Positions 1 to 10,071 of a stretch of DNA of 38,854 nt are shown here, one piece after another. The stretch is from Simkaniaceae bacterium (lineage in GTDB: Bacteria; Chlamydiota; Chlamydiia; Chlamydiales; JAJFMI01), in the NCBI GenBank assembly GCA_040880145.1, contig JBBDIZ010000036.1, positions 23,019 through 61,872 of the forward strand, in the 5' to 3' direction. The position numbers and the translations under genes are program-made. The stretch's first letter is position 1; the number at the start of each line of letters is the position of its first letter. The notes beneath the pieces were generated by a model, which was not told the DNA's origin, searched no databases, and saw only the letters and a program-made list of their open reading frames with translations.

Positions 1-3000
1 TCTGGGGGAACTTCAAGTTTATAGCTATTCCCATAGCCATTGTAATCGGGAATCAGCTGCCACTGAGGAATTGTAGAAGGATTAAAATAATAATCCGGTA
101 TTGGGGAGCCAAGACCTCCATTGAGCACTAGCGATCCAGATGAAATGAGCGCTGCCCCTCTTTCTGGATGAAAAATGAACGTTCCCATTTCTTTATAGGT
201 GCCATCAGGACTATAAACAGGTCCCGGTGTCATATAGGCATAGGTAAAAGCATTAAATAGGGGGGCTTGGGAAAGAAAAGATTTGATATCAGCCCATTGA
301 GCGCTCGATTTTAGATCAGATAGGTTTAGATTCTTCAAATGAGAAAAATATAAAGACTTCGTGATTTCTGGATTTTCCTCTGCTTCTTTAAGCAGGCATG
401 CGTCAAAAGCTAAAAATCCTTCTTCGGAAGCTCCTTGTCTTTGTTGATATTGGTGCGCTAGCTGAAGCAGCTTAACAGTTGAAACAGCTGAGGTATCTGA
501 AAAAACATCCCTTAAGATTTGATGCTCATTGGAGGAAATATCGACAATGGTAAGTGCTGCATATTGTCTCAAAATAGAGTATTCTTTCTGATTATATGAG
601 GCCCCCCGACTTAAAAAACACATATCCACTTGAGGAAGTTTTTCTTTCGATTGATTCGTGGATTTTTCGATGAGTTTTACAAGGCCAAAAGCAAAATCCG
701 TAGTGGGCTTAACTTTATGAAGTTTGGCTAGAAGCTCTTGGGCCATGCCACATTTTTCAAAATAAGCAGTCCCTAAAAATGAGAGGAGGCTATGAAGTTT
801 TTTAGCCTCTTCTTTTTCCAGGTGGAATTGATCAAAGCTCAAGGCTGTGAGTTTAGGAGTCGCTCCTCCAAAATGAAAGCAAAGGGCGCTACTACTCCCT
901 TTTCCCAAAGATACCGATCTAGTAGCGCTAATGATTCTTGAACCGACTAGAAGCTTAGGAGTGACTTTGATATCAATAGACCTGTCTGTTTCATCTAAGT
1001 CTAAGTACCTCTCTTTTTCTTCTCCGATAAAATGAGCACCTACGCGACCTTCTTTGAAATGCAAGGGTATCCCTTCACTAGTAACAGAGATTAGAGGGAT
1101 GATGACCCCCATCTTTTTTTCTGGATTCTCATGAGAGGAAATTTCGATGTGAACTTTTGCGAAGACCTCTAAGCTTTTGTCCAAATCAAAAATCTTAAAT
1201 AAGCCCTCCATCATCTTCGGGGAAGGAAAGTCCGCAAAAGAGGAAAGCTGTCTTTTAATTTGTGTACGATGAATACCTACATCATCTAACGAGAGACCTT
1301 GTATTCTCAAGTGCTCTTCCACAAAAGCTACGAAAAGCCTAGCAGCGCTATCATCCCCGTCCGGGCTAATATGCTTTAAAATTCTTTCATCCCCTTTTAA
1401 ATAGCGCAAAATCCATCTATCTGCACTTGCAAATTCTTCCGGCAAAAAATGATATACATTAAAGCCTTCGCTCACTTGGATCTCTTTCATCCAGGGAAAA
1501 AGGGAAACCCACTTTTCTCCATCAAAAAAGACCACCCAAGGGTACTGCAACACCCCCTCTTTTTCGCCCTCCAAGAGACGGGTGAAGAGCATATTTTCTA
1601 TCGTGTCCTTAGGCAAGGAACAAGCTTTCCCAAAGGCATAAAGGGCTCGATATCCTGCTCTTCGCAATAGGTAGATGAGAAGCTGACATTGTTCCCAAGC
1701 TGAACCTTGCCCCTCTAAGTAAACCCTAAGGGCATTTCTCTGAATCCCAGGCGCTTGAAAAACACCCTCTTCTTGATAGCAGTAAGCATCAACAAGGGAG
1801 ATTTCATTTTGGACATATGCTGCAAGTGCTAAAGGGTCTTTTTTATGCGTTTCAACAAACTCATCAAGTAAAGAAAACGGTTTGTCCAATTGTAGACCTG
1901 AGGGTGATTTAGAATCATGATCGAATGTGTAATCATTTTTATGGGTGAATCGATTGGGGATTTGTATGGATGGCTTGCAAAGGGCATTCAGTTGCCAAAG
2001 AGGTGGCTCAAGCAAATTACATGTATAAAGGAAGGTCTTATCATCCAAAACAAAAGAAAATCGGTAATTGGGATTGCTGGCTTTTTGGGAGAGTATAAGA
2101 GACGTTTGGCATCTTGGATCAGAGACAAATTGCAAACGTAGATCAAGCCCAAACTCTTTTTCAACTTTTGTCTCCGGAATAAATAGGAGCCCGCCTTCAA
2201 GAAGGCAGGATCGCCAAGAGTGTGTGTTTTTGACAGGAAGGGAAATTTCTTCTTCGTGAACAAGAGCATCTTGCTTGTAGACTTTGACAATGAGTTTTGA
2301 TACGGCATCGTCACTTTGCAGATAAAAGCGATAGAATTGATCGAGGTATAAAATATAATCTTTTTGGTTCTTTCTTATTTGGCCATCTAAGGGGATTACA
2401 GAAGGTCTAGAGGCGGGATAGATAAAAGTTTTAAGAAAAAGGCTTGGATCTAGAGCAAAATCGCTCTTAAAAAAGGATTCTCTTCTTATTTCTTCCCGGT
2501 TTTTGAATTCTTCAGCAGAAAGGGTGGCAACCGCTTTCGTAAGCCTGTTTTGATCCGCGGCTTTTTCAAAAAGAGCAATCGAATTTTTTAATGCTTCAAG
2601 CCTCTTTTCAAAGGCATTTTTTTCTTCATCTTCGCTGTTTTGGATAAGCATCTCTAAAATGGGAAGAGCTTGTTTCTTGAGCTCATAAGAGCTGCGGCTT
2701 AAGCCCTTTTCTTCAAAAAGAGTGGAATCTTCCGTCAATATTTCAAGGCGATCCTTGAGCGATATTTTTTGAGCTAAAGCCTTCTCAGGCCATTCAGCAG
2801 CTTCTTTTTCAGTAGAAATTGCCGTTTGTTTGAAATTTTCAATCGTTTGCTCAAGAGCAGTTTTACTGCTCTCATTGCAAAGTGGAGCAGAAGTTAAAGC
2901 CGTGTAGGCCTCTTTAGCCAGAGACTCTGCTTCCCTGTATAATTTGGCAACTTCTTGGAGTGCAGAAACAACAACATCCACATTGAAAAGCGTGCGAGCA

Positions 3001-3458
3001 GGGCATTTTTTATGTTTATTGCTTGCCTTCTCAACAATTTTTAAACTTTCATCATAGAGAGTTTTGGCCTTTTCAAAAGCCATAGAGGAAAGAACATTAT
3101 TGACACTCTTTTGCAGCTGCGTAATTCCATCATTGATGTTCTTTTTATCTTTTTGGCATGCCTCTTTCATTTCGATACGCCAGAGCTCTTTCCTCTTCTT
3201 TTTAGATTTACCGGCTATATCATTTAAGATAGTATTTATAAGAGAGAGGGCTCTCTGACTGCAGCGGAGGGATTTCCTTAAACGATGAAGGCCATGACCC
3301 TCTTGATCTGCTCCAAAGTCGTTAAACTCTTGAACGAGTTCATTGTGGCGATTCCATTCAACAAGGGCTTGGTTTCTAGTGTTAATGCATTCTTTTTTAT
3401 TAAGCCCATAAATGAGGCCAGGAATTAGAAATAATATTAAAAAATGAATTTTCTTCAT
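1..3458 (-). CDS. Large exported protein (partial, >1152 aa, runs off left edge); transglutaminase-like domain, probably N-terminal part of an Rhs/YD-repeat giant protein
   Basis: Manual translation from ATG at 3458 (MKKIHFLILFLIPGLIYG, signal-peptide-like) finds no in-frame stop to position 1. Contains RVYLEGQGSAWEQCQLLIYLLRRAGYRALY (~1638-1727) and SSNEHQILRDVF..AVSTVKLLQLA (~455-536), motifs I associate with transglutaminase-Rhs proteins. Absent from the ORF track, probably because its stop lies outside the window. Confidence 0.8.
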   Translation of the reverse strand, partial: MKKIHFLILFLIPGLIYGLNKKECINTRNQALVEWNRHNELVQEFNDFGADQEGHGLHRLRKSLRCSQRALSLINTILNDIAGKSKKKRKELWRIEMKEACQKDKKNINDGITQLQKSVNNVLSSMAFEKAKTLYDESLKIVEKASNKHKKCPARTLFNVDVVVSALQEVAKLYREAESLAKEAYTALTSAPLCNESSKTALEQTIENFKQTAISTEKEAAEWPEKALAQKISLKDRLEILTEDSTLFEEKGLSRSSYELKKQALPILEMLIQNSEDEEKNAFEKRLEALKNSIALFEKAADQNRLTKAVATLSAEEFKNREEIRRESFFKSDFALDPSLFLKTFIYPASRPSVIPLDGQIRKNQKDYILYLDQFYRFYLQSDDAVSKLIVKVYKQDALVHEEEISLPVKNTHSWRSCLLEGGLLFIPETKVEKEFGLDLRLQFVSDPRCQTSLILSQKASNPNYRFSFVLDDKTFLYTCNLLEPPLWQLNALCKPSIQIPNRFTHKNDYTFDHDSKSPSGLQLDKPFSLLDEFVETHKKDPLALAAYVQNEISLVDAYCYQEEGVFQAPGIQRNALRVYLEGQGSAWEQCQLLIYLLRRAGYRALYAFGKACSLPKDTIENMLFTRLLEGEKEGVLQYPWVVFFDGEKWVSLFPWMKEIQVSEGFNVYHFLPEEFASADRWILRYLKGDERILKHISPDGDDSAARLFVAFVEEHLRIQGLSLDDVGIHRTQIKRQLSSFADFPSPKMMEGLFKIFDLDKSLEVFAKVHIEISSHENPEKKMGVIIPLISVTSEGIPLHFKEGRVGAHFIGEEKERYLDLDETDRSIDIKVTPKLLVGSRIISATRSVSLGKGSSSALCFHFGGATPKLTALSFDQFHLEKEEAKKLHSLLSFLGTAYFEKCGMAQELLAKLHKVKPTTDFAFGLVKLIEKSTNQSKEKLPQVDMCFLSRGASYNQKEYSILRQYAALTIVDISSNEHQILRDVFSDTSAVSTVKLLQLAHQYQQRQGASEEGFLAFDACLLKEAEENPEITKSLYFSHLKNLNLSDLKSSAQWADIKSFLSQAPLFNAFTYAYMTPGPVYSPDGTYKEMGTFIFHPERGAALISSGSLVLNGGLGSPIPDYYFNPSTIPQWQLIPDYNGYGNSYKLEVPP

Positions 3459-3625
3459 GAAAAAATGTTCTGCTTTAGCCTTCAAAAAAGCCTTAATTTT
3501 TTTAAGAGTGGATCATACCCCAAGCAATCTTTCTTGACGTACGAAAAAACGTCTGATTTGAGAAAAATACTCTGTCATTTAATTACTGATTGGCCTAAAA
3601 TACTCTTCTAAATCTAAAGCCCTTT

Positions 3626-5224
3626 ATGAAAATATTCTGTTTTATTCTGTTTTTTTCTTCTTTTCTTGTCTCTTGTAAACAAACTCAACCTTTAGATTCA
3701 GCTAAAGCACTTCGTCTTAACTTCCATCAATCTCCTCAAAGTTTTGATCCTCGAAAAAGTGGGGACATCTATACCTCTACTCTTGCCTTTATGCTTTTTG
3801 ATGGTCTTACAAACTCCAATCATGAAGGTAAAATCATGCTCTCTCTTGCTGAATCTGTAGAGGTCTTAAATGAAGCAAGAACCTATATTTTTCATATTCG
3901 CGATGCAAAATGGTCTGACGGAAAAACCATCACGGCCTATGATTTTGAATACTCTTGGAAAAAAGTCTTATCTCCTAACTTTCCGTCGCTAAGCGCCTAT
4001 CTTTTTTTCCCCATTAAAAATGCCAAAGAAGTCAAAGAAGGATTGTTGCCTGTCGATAAACTCGGTATTTCTTCTTTAGATGAAAAGAGGTTTAGGGTCG
4101 ATCTTGAAAAACCCACTCCTTATTTTTTAGAACTAATTTCATTCGCATCTTTCTATCCTGTTCCGGAAAATATCGATGAAAGAGCCATAAATTGGGATAA
4201 GAAATTAGACTCAAATACAATTGTAAGCGGACCTTTTAAAGGTGAGAAATTCAGAATCAATCGAGATATTTTTCTTAAAAAAAATGAACTTTTCTGGGAT
4301 TCGGATCAAGTGAATATCGAGGCGATTTCGATTAGCCTTATTGCGGACGAAAATCTTGCTTTAAATCTTTTTGAAAAAAATGAACTGGATTGGATTGGAG
4401 GGACGCTCTCCCCTATTCCAACCGACGCCATTGCTGCCTTACTAAAAAGCCCTTATAGCGTGACAATTCAAAAGGCCGCCACCCTCTTCACTACGTTTAA
4501 CGTAACCAAAGCTCCTTTCACAAATGCGCATATCCGTAAAGCCTTCTCCCTTGCAATCAATCGACAAGAGCTTGTCGAACATATCAGCCAACTTGACGAT
4601 GAGGTCGCTCTCAGCATCATTCCAAGCATTATGAGAGATACCCAAAAAAAAATCGCTTTTTTTAGTGATTACTGCCCTGACAAAGCAAAAATTCATCTCA
4701 AAAAAGGACTTGCCGAACTCGGTATCGACAAGCATGAGCTTTCCGCAATTCAATATCTAATTCCCAATATAAAAATTCATCAGAAAATTGCCCAAGTCCT
4801 GCAGGAACAGTGGTACTTAAACTTAGGGATTTGGGTCCAAATTAATGAAGTTGATAACAAGATTTTACTCGATGCCTTTTCTAAGAAAGAATATTTTTTT
4901 GGACAATACTATTGGGTCGCTCACTACAATGATCCAATGAATATTTTGGAGAGATTTTTTAAAAAAAGCTGGGGGAAAAATTATCCCGGATGGGAAAACT
5001 CTCAGTATAAAAAAATCGTGAATGAATCTCTTTTCATTACTGAAAAAGAAAAAAGACATCAAATTTTAGAAAATGCAGAGAAAATTCTATTAAAGGAGAT
5101 GCCTCTTTGCCCTCTATTTCATATGAACTCTCTTTTCTTAAAGAGTCATCGAATACAAAACGAGGGTGTAAGCCCCATAAGGGGCATACAACCTCGATGG
5201 ATAAAGGTTAAAAATATTGATTAA
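3626..5224 (+). CDS. oppA: Oligopeptide ABC transporter substrate-binding lipoprotein (SBP family 5)
   Basis: Lipobox-like LVSC; SFDPR..D, LFDGLT, LAES....YIFHIRDAKWSDGKTITAYDFEYSW family-5 signature; SGPF; IRKAFSLAINR. Confidence 0.93.
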   Translation: MKIFCFILFFSSFLVSCKQTQPLDSAKALRLNFHQSPQSFDPRKSGDIYTSTLAFMLFDGLTNSNHEGKIMLSLAESVEVLNEARTYIFHIRDAKWSDGKTITAYDFEYSWKKVLSPNFPSLSAYLFFPIKNAKEVKEGLLPVDKLGISSLDEKRFRVDLEKPTPYFLELISFASFYPVPENIDERAINWDKKLDSNTIVSGPFKGEKFRINRDIFLKKNELFWDSDQVNIEAISISLIADENLALNLFEKNELDWIGGTLSPIPTDAIAALLKSPYSVTIQKAATLFTTFNVTKAPFTNAHIRKAFSLAINRQELVEHISQLDDEVALSIIPSIMRDTQKKIAFFSDYCPDKAKIHLKKGLAELGIDKHELSAIQYLIPNIKIHQKIAQVLQEQWYLNLGIWVQINEVDNKILLDAFSKKEYFFGQYYWVAHYNDPMNILERFFKKSWGKNYPGWENSQYKKIVNESLFITEKEKRHQILENAEKILLKEMPLCPLFHMNSLFLKSHRIQNEGVSPIRGIQPRWIKVKNID

Positions 5225-5466
5225 ATAAATTCAACCTTAAGCTGACTGCCTCCAAGATCCATCCAAGTGACTTGGTCTTCTTTGGGAGGATTGGTTAAAA
5301 TGTTCTTGTAGTAACGAAAGGTTTTTCGCCCTGTTTCTTGCGACTCTTCTTGGACTTTCGTTTTCAAATCAGAGAGCGTGTAAGTAGGAATAATTCTCCC
5401 ATCACAAGCGGCGCTTTCTTTAAGAACGCTTGTTCTTCTATCAACATCTGCACAATCTAAACACAT
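5221..5466 (-). CDS. Small hypothetical protein (81 aa, N-terminal CxxC)
   Basis: ORF fills the gap between the two oppA genes and its stop overlaps the oppA stop; no family recognised. Confidence 0.45.
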   Translation of the reverse strand: MCLDCADVDRRTSVLKESAACDGRIIPTYTLSDLKTKVQEESQETGRKTFRYYKNILTNPPKEDQVTWMDLGGSQLKVEFI

Positions 5467-5621
5467 ATTATCACCATGGTTTATTTTAGGTTACTGCAAA
5501 GCTTTGGAGGCATTTCCTCCATCTTACGAAAAGATTTTCATGACAAAACCTTTATGCTTCACAAATAATTATGACCATACCATAATGTTGAAAAGATCCT
5601 CAACCCTTTGATGGAGTTTTT

Positions 5622-7136
5622 ATGAAAAAAATCTTTTTCTTCCTTCTTATTTTTCTATCCTTCTCCTCGTGTCAACCAAAAAACAACAAGAAAAATATTG
5701 CTAGAATTCCCTTCAGCGATCATCCCATTACACTTGATCCTAGAAAAAGTGGTGATGCTCTTTCTTGCTCCCTTCAATTTATGATCTATGAAGGACTCAC
5801 AAAACTAACAAGTCTTCAAGAGGCTGAACTCGCTGTTGCTGAAAGTTATTCCCTCTCCGACGACGGCAAAACTTATACTTTTAAATTAAAAGAATGCCAC
5901 TGGTCAAATGGAGATCCCCTCACAGCTTTCGATTTTGAAAGAAGTTGGAAATCGCAACTCGATCCCTTTTTTCCATCTATAAGCGTGAATTTACTCTATG
6001 ATATTGTAAATGCAAAAGAAGCTAAAGAAGGTTTAGTCCCACTCTCCAATGTCGGGATTCAGGCCCTTGATGATCGCACTTTGGTAGTTGAACTCCTTTA
6101 CCCCGCCCCCTATTTTCTTGAACTCGTTGCCTTCACTCCCTTTTTCCCCGTACATGGCGCTCATAGTAAAGAGCATATCTCAAATGGTCCTTTTTGCATG
6201 AAGGAAGAAAAATTCCAAGATCACATTCTGCTCAAGCCAAACCCCTTTTACTATCATCGCGACGAGGTTAAACTTGATGGGATTGAGATTATGATTGTTA
6301 AGGAAGAGACCACTGCGATTAAACTCTTTGAAAATGGACAAGTTGACTATATTGGAGAACCTTTGTGCTTAATTCCCTTTGATACCATTCGATCCATGAC
6401 TGAGCGCTTGCAAACAGCTGAAGTTGCCGCTACATCACGAATCATTTTTAATGTGACAAAACCTCCTTTGGATAATAGAGAATTAAGGCGCGCTCTAGGC
6501 AATGCCATTGATAAAAAAGCTTTATTAGAATATTTGCCCATACCCACTACAGAGGCTATAGGAATTGTTCCCTCGTGTTTGAAAAAGTATCCATGCCATC
6601 CCCTTTCATTCAATATGGAGGAAGTAAAAAAAGTTGTCCTCGAAAAAGAGTTCCCTCCACTTAAACTCACTTATGGAAATTCGGTGCTCAACAAGGTCAC
6701 AGCTCAAATTCTTCAAGATCAGTGGAAAAAGAATTTAGGGATCGATATTGAGCTGGAAGGTGTTGAAATGAGTGTCTTTATTCAAAAACTCTTAAAAAAA
6801 GACTACCAAATTGTTTTAGGAAAATGGATTTGTCAGTACAATGATCCCCTTAGCGTATTAGAGGCCCTTACCTTTTTAAAAGATGTAAGGAATTTTCCGG
6901 GATGGAATAACTCTTTATATCGAGACCTGATTGGAGAAGCGCGTCAAACCCGGGATGTAACTAAGCGTCTTAAAGTTTTAAATGAAGCTGAAGATCTGAT
7001 AAATGAAGAAGTCCCAATCGCCCCTCTTTTCCATTTTCATTACCTCTATATGAAAAGTGAAAGATTAAAGGATCTTGTGATTTCACCAATGGGTGTTCCT
7101 CATTTTCATAAGGCGTATATTTCAGAGGAGACATGA
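5622..7136 (+). CDS. oppA: Oligopeptide ABC transporter substrate-binding lipoprotein (SBP family 5), paralog
   Basis: GGAG RBS; lipobox-like FSSC; TLDPRKSGD, YEGLT, AESYSLSDDGKTYTFKLKECHWSNGDPLTAFDF, SNGPF, LRRALGNAIDK. Confidence 0.93.
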   Translation: MKKIFFFLLIFLSFSSCQPKNNKKNIARIPFSDHPITLDPRKSGDALSCSLQFMIYEGLTKLTSLQEAELAVAESYSLSDDGKTYTFKLKECHWSNGDPLTAFDFERSWKSQLDPFFPSISVNLLYDIVNAKEAKEGLVPLSNVGIQALDDRTLVVELLYPAPYFLELVAFTPFFPVHGAHSKEHISNGPFCMKEEKFQDHILLKPNPFYYHRDEVKLDGIEIMIVKEETTAIKLFENGQVDYIGEPLCLIPFDTIRSMTERLQTAEVAATSRIIFNVTKPPLDNRELRRALGNAIDKKALLEYLPIPTTEAIGIVPSCLKKYPCHPLSFNMEEVKKVVLEKEFPPLKLTYGNSVLNKVTAQILQDQWKKNLGIDIELEGVEMSVFIQKLLKKDYQIVLGKWICQYNDPLSVLEALTFLKDVRNFPGWNNSLYRDLIGEARQTRDVTKRLKVLNEAEDLINEEVPIAPLFHFHYLYMKSERLKDLVISPMGVPHFHKAYISEET

Positions 7137-9253
7137 AAAAATCTCACTTTTTTTCTATTGAAAGAACCTTGCCCCAGGGAACTCCTGTGGATAAAAGCTT
7201 AGATCAATATTATGCTTCAATAGAAAATATTCTTAATGAAGTTGCAAAGAAAAACGGACTTCATGAATTCGATAATAAAGAAGATGCTTTTGCTTTTTTT
7301 AATCACAAACTTCCACTGTTTGATTGGAGCGTACCGAATAGCGTACCGGGATATGTCACGATCTCAGCCCTTACGACAACAACATATAGCCATGGTTTAG
7401 GACGATTTCTTACCGATATCTGCAGTAAATCCATTATTCCCGGGCGATTGCTCCCTGTTGCCGTCTTGCGCTGTCTCAATTTCAAATTTGTACATATAGA
7501 AAAAAAGCGCTATTTCATCACCGAACTAATTATTGAGCCTAAAAATGAAGAAGAGCTTGCTCTTTTCAAAAAGCATCTTCCTAAATTAATGAGTGATCTA
7601 AGAGTTAATTTACGATCGGTCGAATATACAAGGCAGATTGTCTCCTCAAATAGCATTAGTACGGATGAAAAACATCAAAAACTTAAAATTAATTTTGCAA
7701 ATCTCTTTTGTAATCATGATGATCTCTCTCAAAATGACCTTTTTGGGCAGATTTATAATCTATACCTATCCGCCTCTGCTGAAGAAAAGGCTGTTCAGCT
7801 GCCTAATCAGTTAAAACCATATACAGAAAAACGCCCTCGTGTTTTCAGACCCGATCTTTTCTCAGAGTTTCGCTCTTTGATCAATAGCGTCCCCCCCAAT
7901 TTTTTGGGTGAAAGAAGCTTAAAACATACGACTCGCATCTTCACTTATTTCTATATTCTAAAGGCCGTTATTACACATTTGATAAAAGAAGCTCCTGACA
8001 CTCGCCACTTATATATAAAAATTTTTCAGCCCCAAGTCGTCACTTCTAACGGAAAGCAATCTGTGTTAGCAATCGCTTTAAGCTTCAATATTCTTCAACA
8101 TAATGAATTTTTTGATGATCGTCACATCTGTCTTGCAATTGCTGCAATTATTCCAGGCATAGAAGTTTTAAAGGGGTCATTTTTCTATCAAGAAAATTCC
8201 TCTGATAAAATTCAGACCGTTTATATAGAAATAAAAAAAGATAAGTATAAACGATTCACATTAGATGAGATCAAACAAATCAAACGTGCTCTCCCCCGTG
8301 AGGTTCATACACGCGTTGAAGAGGTCTACCGCCCCATATTCACTTATCGAAATGAAGAAGAAATTATGAGACGGATTATTGAGCTGAGTAATGAACTCAA
8401 ATACGTTCATGATATTCCTCAAGTCACAATTAATTACCAAAAACAAAGCCGTAATGAAATCTTTTTTTCCGTTACTGTTCTTCGACTGCAAAAACCCGAC
8501 TCTCTTCCTCTAAGAGATATTTTATCCTCTTTTAAAGATCCTGTTGCCAAAATCAAAAATTTTGACATCAAAACTGTTGGACTTCTTCGGAGAAAATATC
8601 CAAAAGTGGCCGCTTCTTTTGATGTACGTCTTCCAACAGAGCTTTTTACACGCAAAGACTACACTATCGATTTCTTCAAGGGTCGAAAAAAAGTTTTAAC
8701 GATTTTAGAGCAAATGCTGGGAGAGGTTCGAGACTACAATGGAGGTATGATTGCGAAGCAAAGAGAGGTCTTATCTCTTACAAAAGAGCTTCTAAAAGAA
8801 AAGTACTTGCAAAATGAATGCTTGATTGAAAATTTTTTTCATGGTTTAACTCCTATTTATATGCAAAGTATATTTCCACCTGAAATTATAAAAAAATTTT
8901 TTATTCTTTTTAATAAGTCTCTTGAGCTCGATTATCGCGATGTTCCTTTTTCTCTAATGGTTGAACGGGATCACCCCTATTCAATGTACATGATTGCTTC
9001 CCCCAATCCAAAAATAAAAGAAGAGATTCTAAAAGCTGTGGAAGAGCTCCCATTTTTTTCAGATATTGCAACTTCTTCCCATAATTTTTATGATATTTCG
9101 ACCATCGGTTTTCTCATCACAGCCCCAAACCCCGCTACGATAAAAGAACTCGATAAAGTTATTTACATCGTTTTGTCGGATAAGAAAAAGAAAAAAGTCG
9201 ATCGATCAGACCATCTTAGAGAGGCAGCCATGCTCTCTCAAATTTCAATATGA
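7133..9253 (+). CDS. Hypothetical cytoplasmic protein (706 aa), coupled to oppA
   Basis: Long ORF; ATGA overlap with oppA; GAGGAG RBS; no signal peptide or TM segment; conserved-looking blocks RNEEEIMRRI..IPQV and GEVRDYNGGMIAKQ. Confidence 0.85.
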   Translation: MKKSHFFSIERTLPQGTPVDKSLDQYYASIENILNEVAKKNGLHEFDNKEDAFAFFNHKLPLFDWSVPNSVPGYVTISALTTTTYSHGLGRFLTDICSKSIIPGRLLPVAVLRCLNFKFVHIEKKRYFITELIIEPKNEEELALFKKHLPKLMSDLRVNLRSVEYTRQIVSSNSISTDEKHQKLKINFANLFCNHDDLSQNDLFGQIYNLYLSASAEEKAVQLPNQLKPYTEKRPRVFRPDLFSEFRSLINSVPPNFLGERSLKHTTRIFTYFYILKAVITHLIKEAPDTRHLYIKIFQPQVVTSNGKQSVLAIALSFNILQHNEFFDDRHICLAIAAIIPGIEVLKGSFFYQENSSDKIQTVYIEIKKDKYKRFTLDEIKQIKRALPREVHTRVEEVYRPIFTYRNEEEIMRRIIELSNELKYVHDIPQVTINYQKQSRNEIFFSVTVLRLQKPDSLPLRDILSSFKDPVAKIKNFDIKTVGLLRRKYPKVAASFDVRLPTELFTRKDYTIDFFKGRKKVLTILEQMLGEVRDYNGGMIAKQREVLSLTKELLKEKYLQNECLIENFFHGLTPIYMQSIFPPEIIKKFFILFNKSLELDYRDVPFSLMVERDHPYSMYMIASPNPKIKEEILKAVEELPFFSDIATSSHNFYDISTIGFLITAPNPATIKELDKVIYIVLSDKKKKKVDRSDHLREAAMLSQISI

Positions 9254-10071
9254 TGAAAACCGGGTATTTTTTTTTGATTCTTCCTTTCCTCTTTTTTACT
9301 GCCTGTGAGAAGAGGACAAGAGGGTTTTCTCTAAAGAAAATTACTTCTTATTATCGACAGGCCTCTTCTACTCAACCACAACCTAAAAACCTCTCCACAA
9401 TTTGCAATCAACCCTTTACCTTTCTTGGAAGCGGAAACCATACCTATGCATTTGTTTCAGAAGACAACCAATATGTGATTAAATTCTTTAAGCAAAAACA
9501 TATGAGAACCCAAGAATTTTTCCTCCCCCTAAAACGAAAAGCTCAAAGAAAACGATTGAGAAATCGAACACTTTTAAGCTATGAAATTGCATTTTTTGAA
9601 CTGAAAGAAGAGACCGGTCTTATTTTCCTGCATCTGGATAAATCTCCTCTATTCGATATTCAGCTTAAGATTATCGATCAAAATGGAACCTCTTATACTT
9701 TACCTGCTAATGAGTATGAATTTCTCATTCAAAAAAAAGCTGAACTTGCCTTCCGGTATATCGAAAAGCTTCTAAAAAAAAATCAATCCAATGAAGCTTT
9801 AGATGCCATGATGGCTCTTTTAAAACTCAATCATCGACGGATGGAAAAAGGAATTGATGATCGCGATATTCAATTTTTTAAAAATTTTGGATTTGCAGAG
9901 GGGAAGGCGATTGAAATCGACGTCGGTGAATTCACTTATGATGAAAAGCAAAAGAGCGCTCTTCATCAAAAAAAAGAGTTAAAACGGCTCTCTTCTCAAC
10001 TTCTTTTCTATGTTGACCATCACGCCCCCGAACTAAAATCGCCATTGGAAAAACGACTACAAGACCTATGA
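9250..10071 (+). CDS. Membrane-anchored (possible lipoprotein) protein-kinase-like fold protein
   Basis: Hydrophobic N-terminus with FTAC; FLGSGNHTYAF (Gly loop), YVIKFF (beta3 Lys), GIDDRDIQFFKNFG (catalytic loop), IEIDVGEF (DFG-like). Confidence 0.75.
   Translation: MMKTGYFFLILPFLFFTACEKRTRGFSLKKITSYYRQASSTQPQPKNLSTICNQPFTFLGSGNHTYAFVSEDNQYVIKFFKQKHMRTQEFFLPLKRKAQRKRLRNRTLLSYEIAFFELKEETGLIFLHLDKSPLFDIQLKIIDQNGTSYTLPANEYEFLIQKKAELAFRYIEKLLKKNQSNEALDAMMALLKLNHRRMEKGIDDRDIQFFKNFGFAEGKAIEIDVGEFTYDEKQKSALHQKKELKRLSSQLLFYVDHHAPELKSPLEKRLQDL

Noticed and set aside
1449..3258. Short ORFs 1449..1670, 1917..2141, 1988..2314, 2068..2259, 3064..3258
   Set aside because: All are antisense or out-of-frame shadows of the long minus-strand ORF 1..3458.
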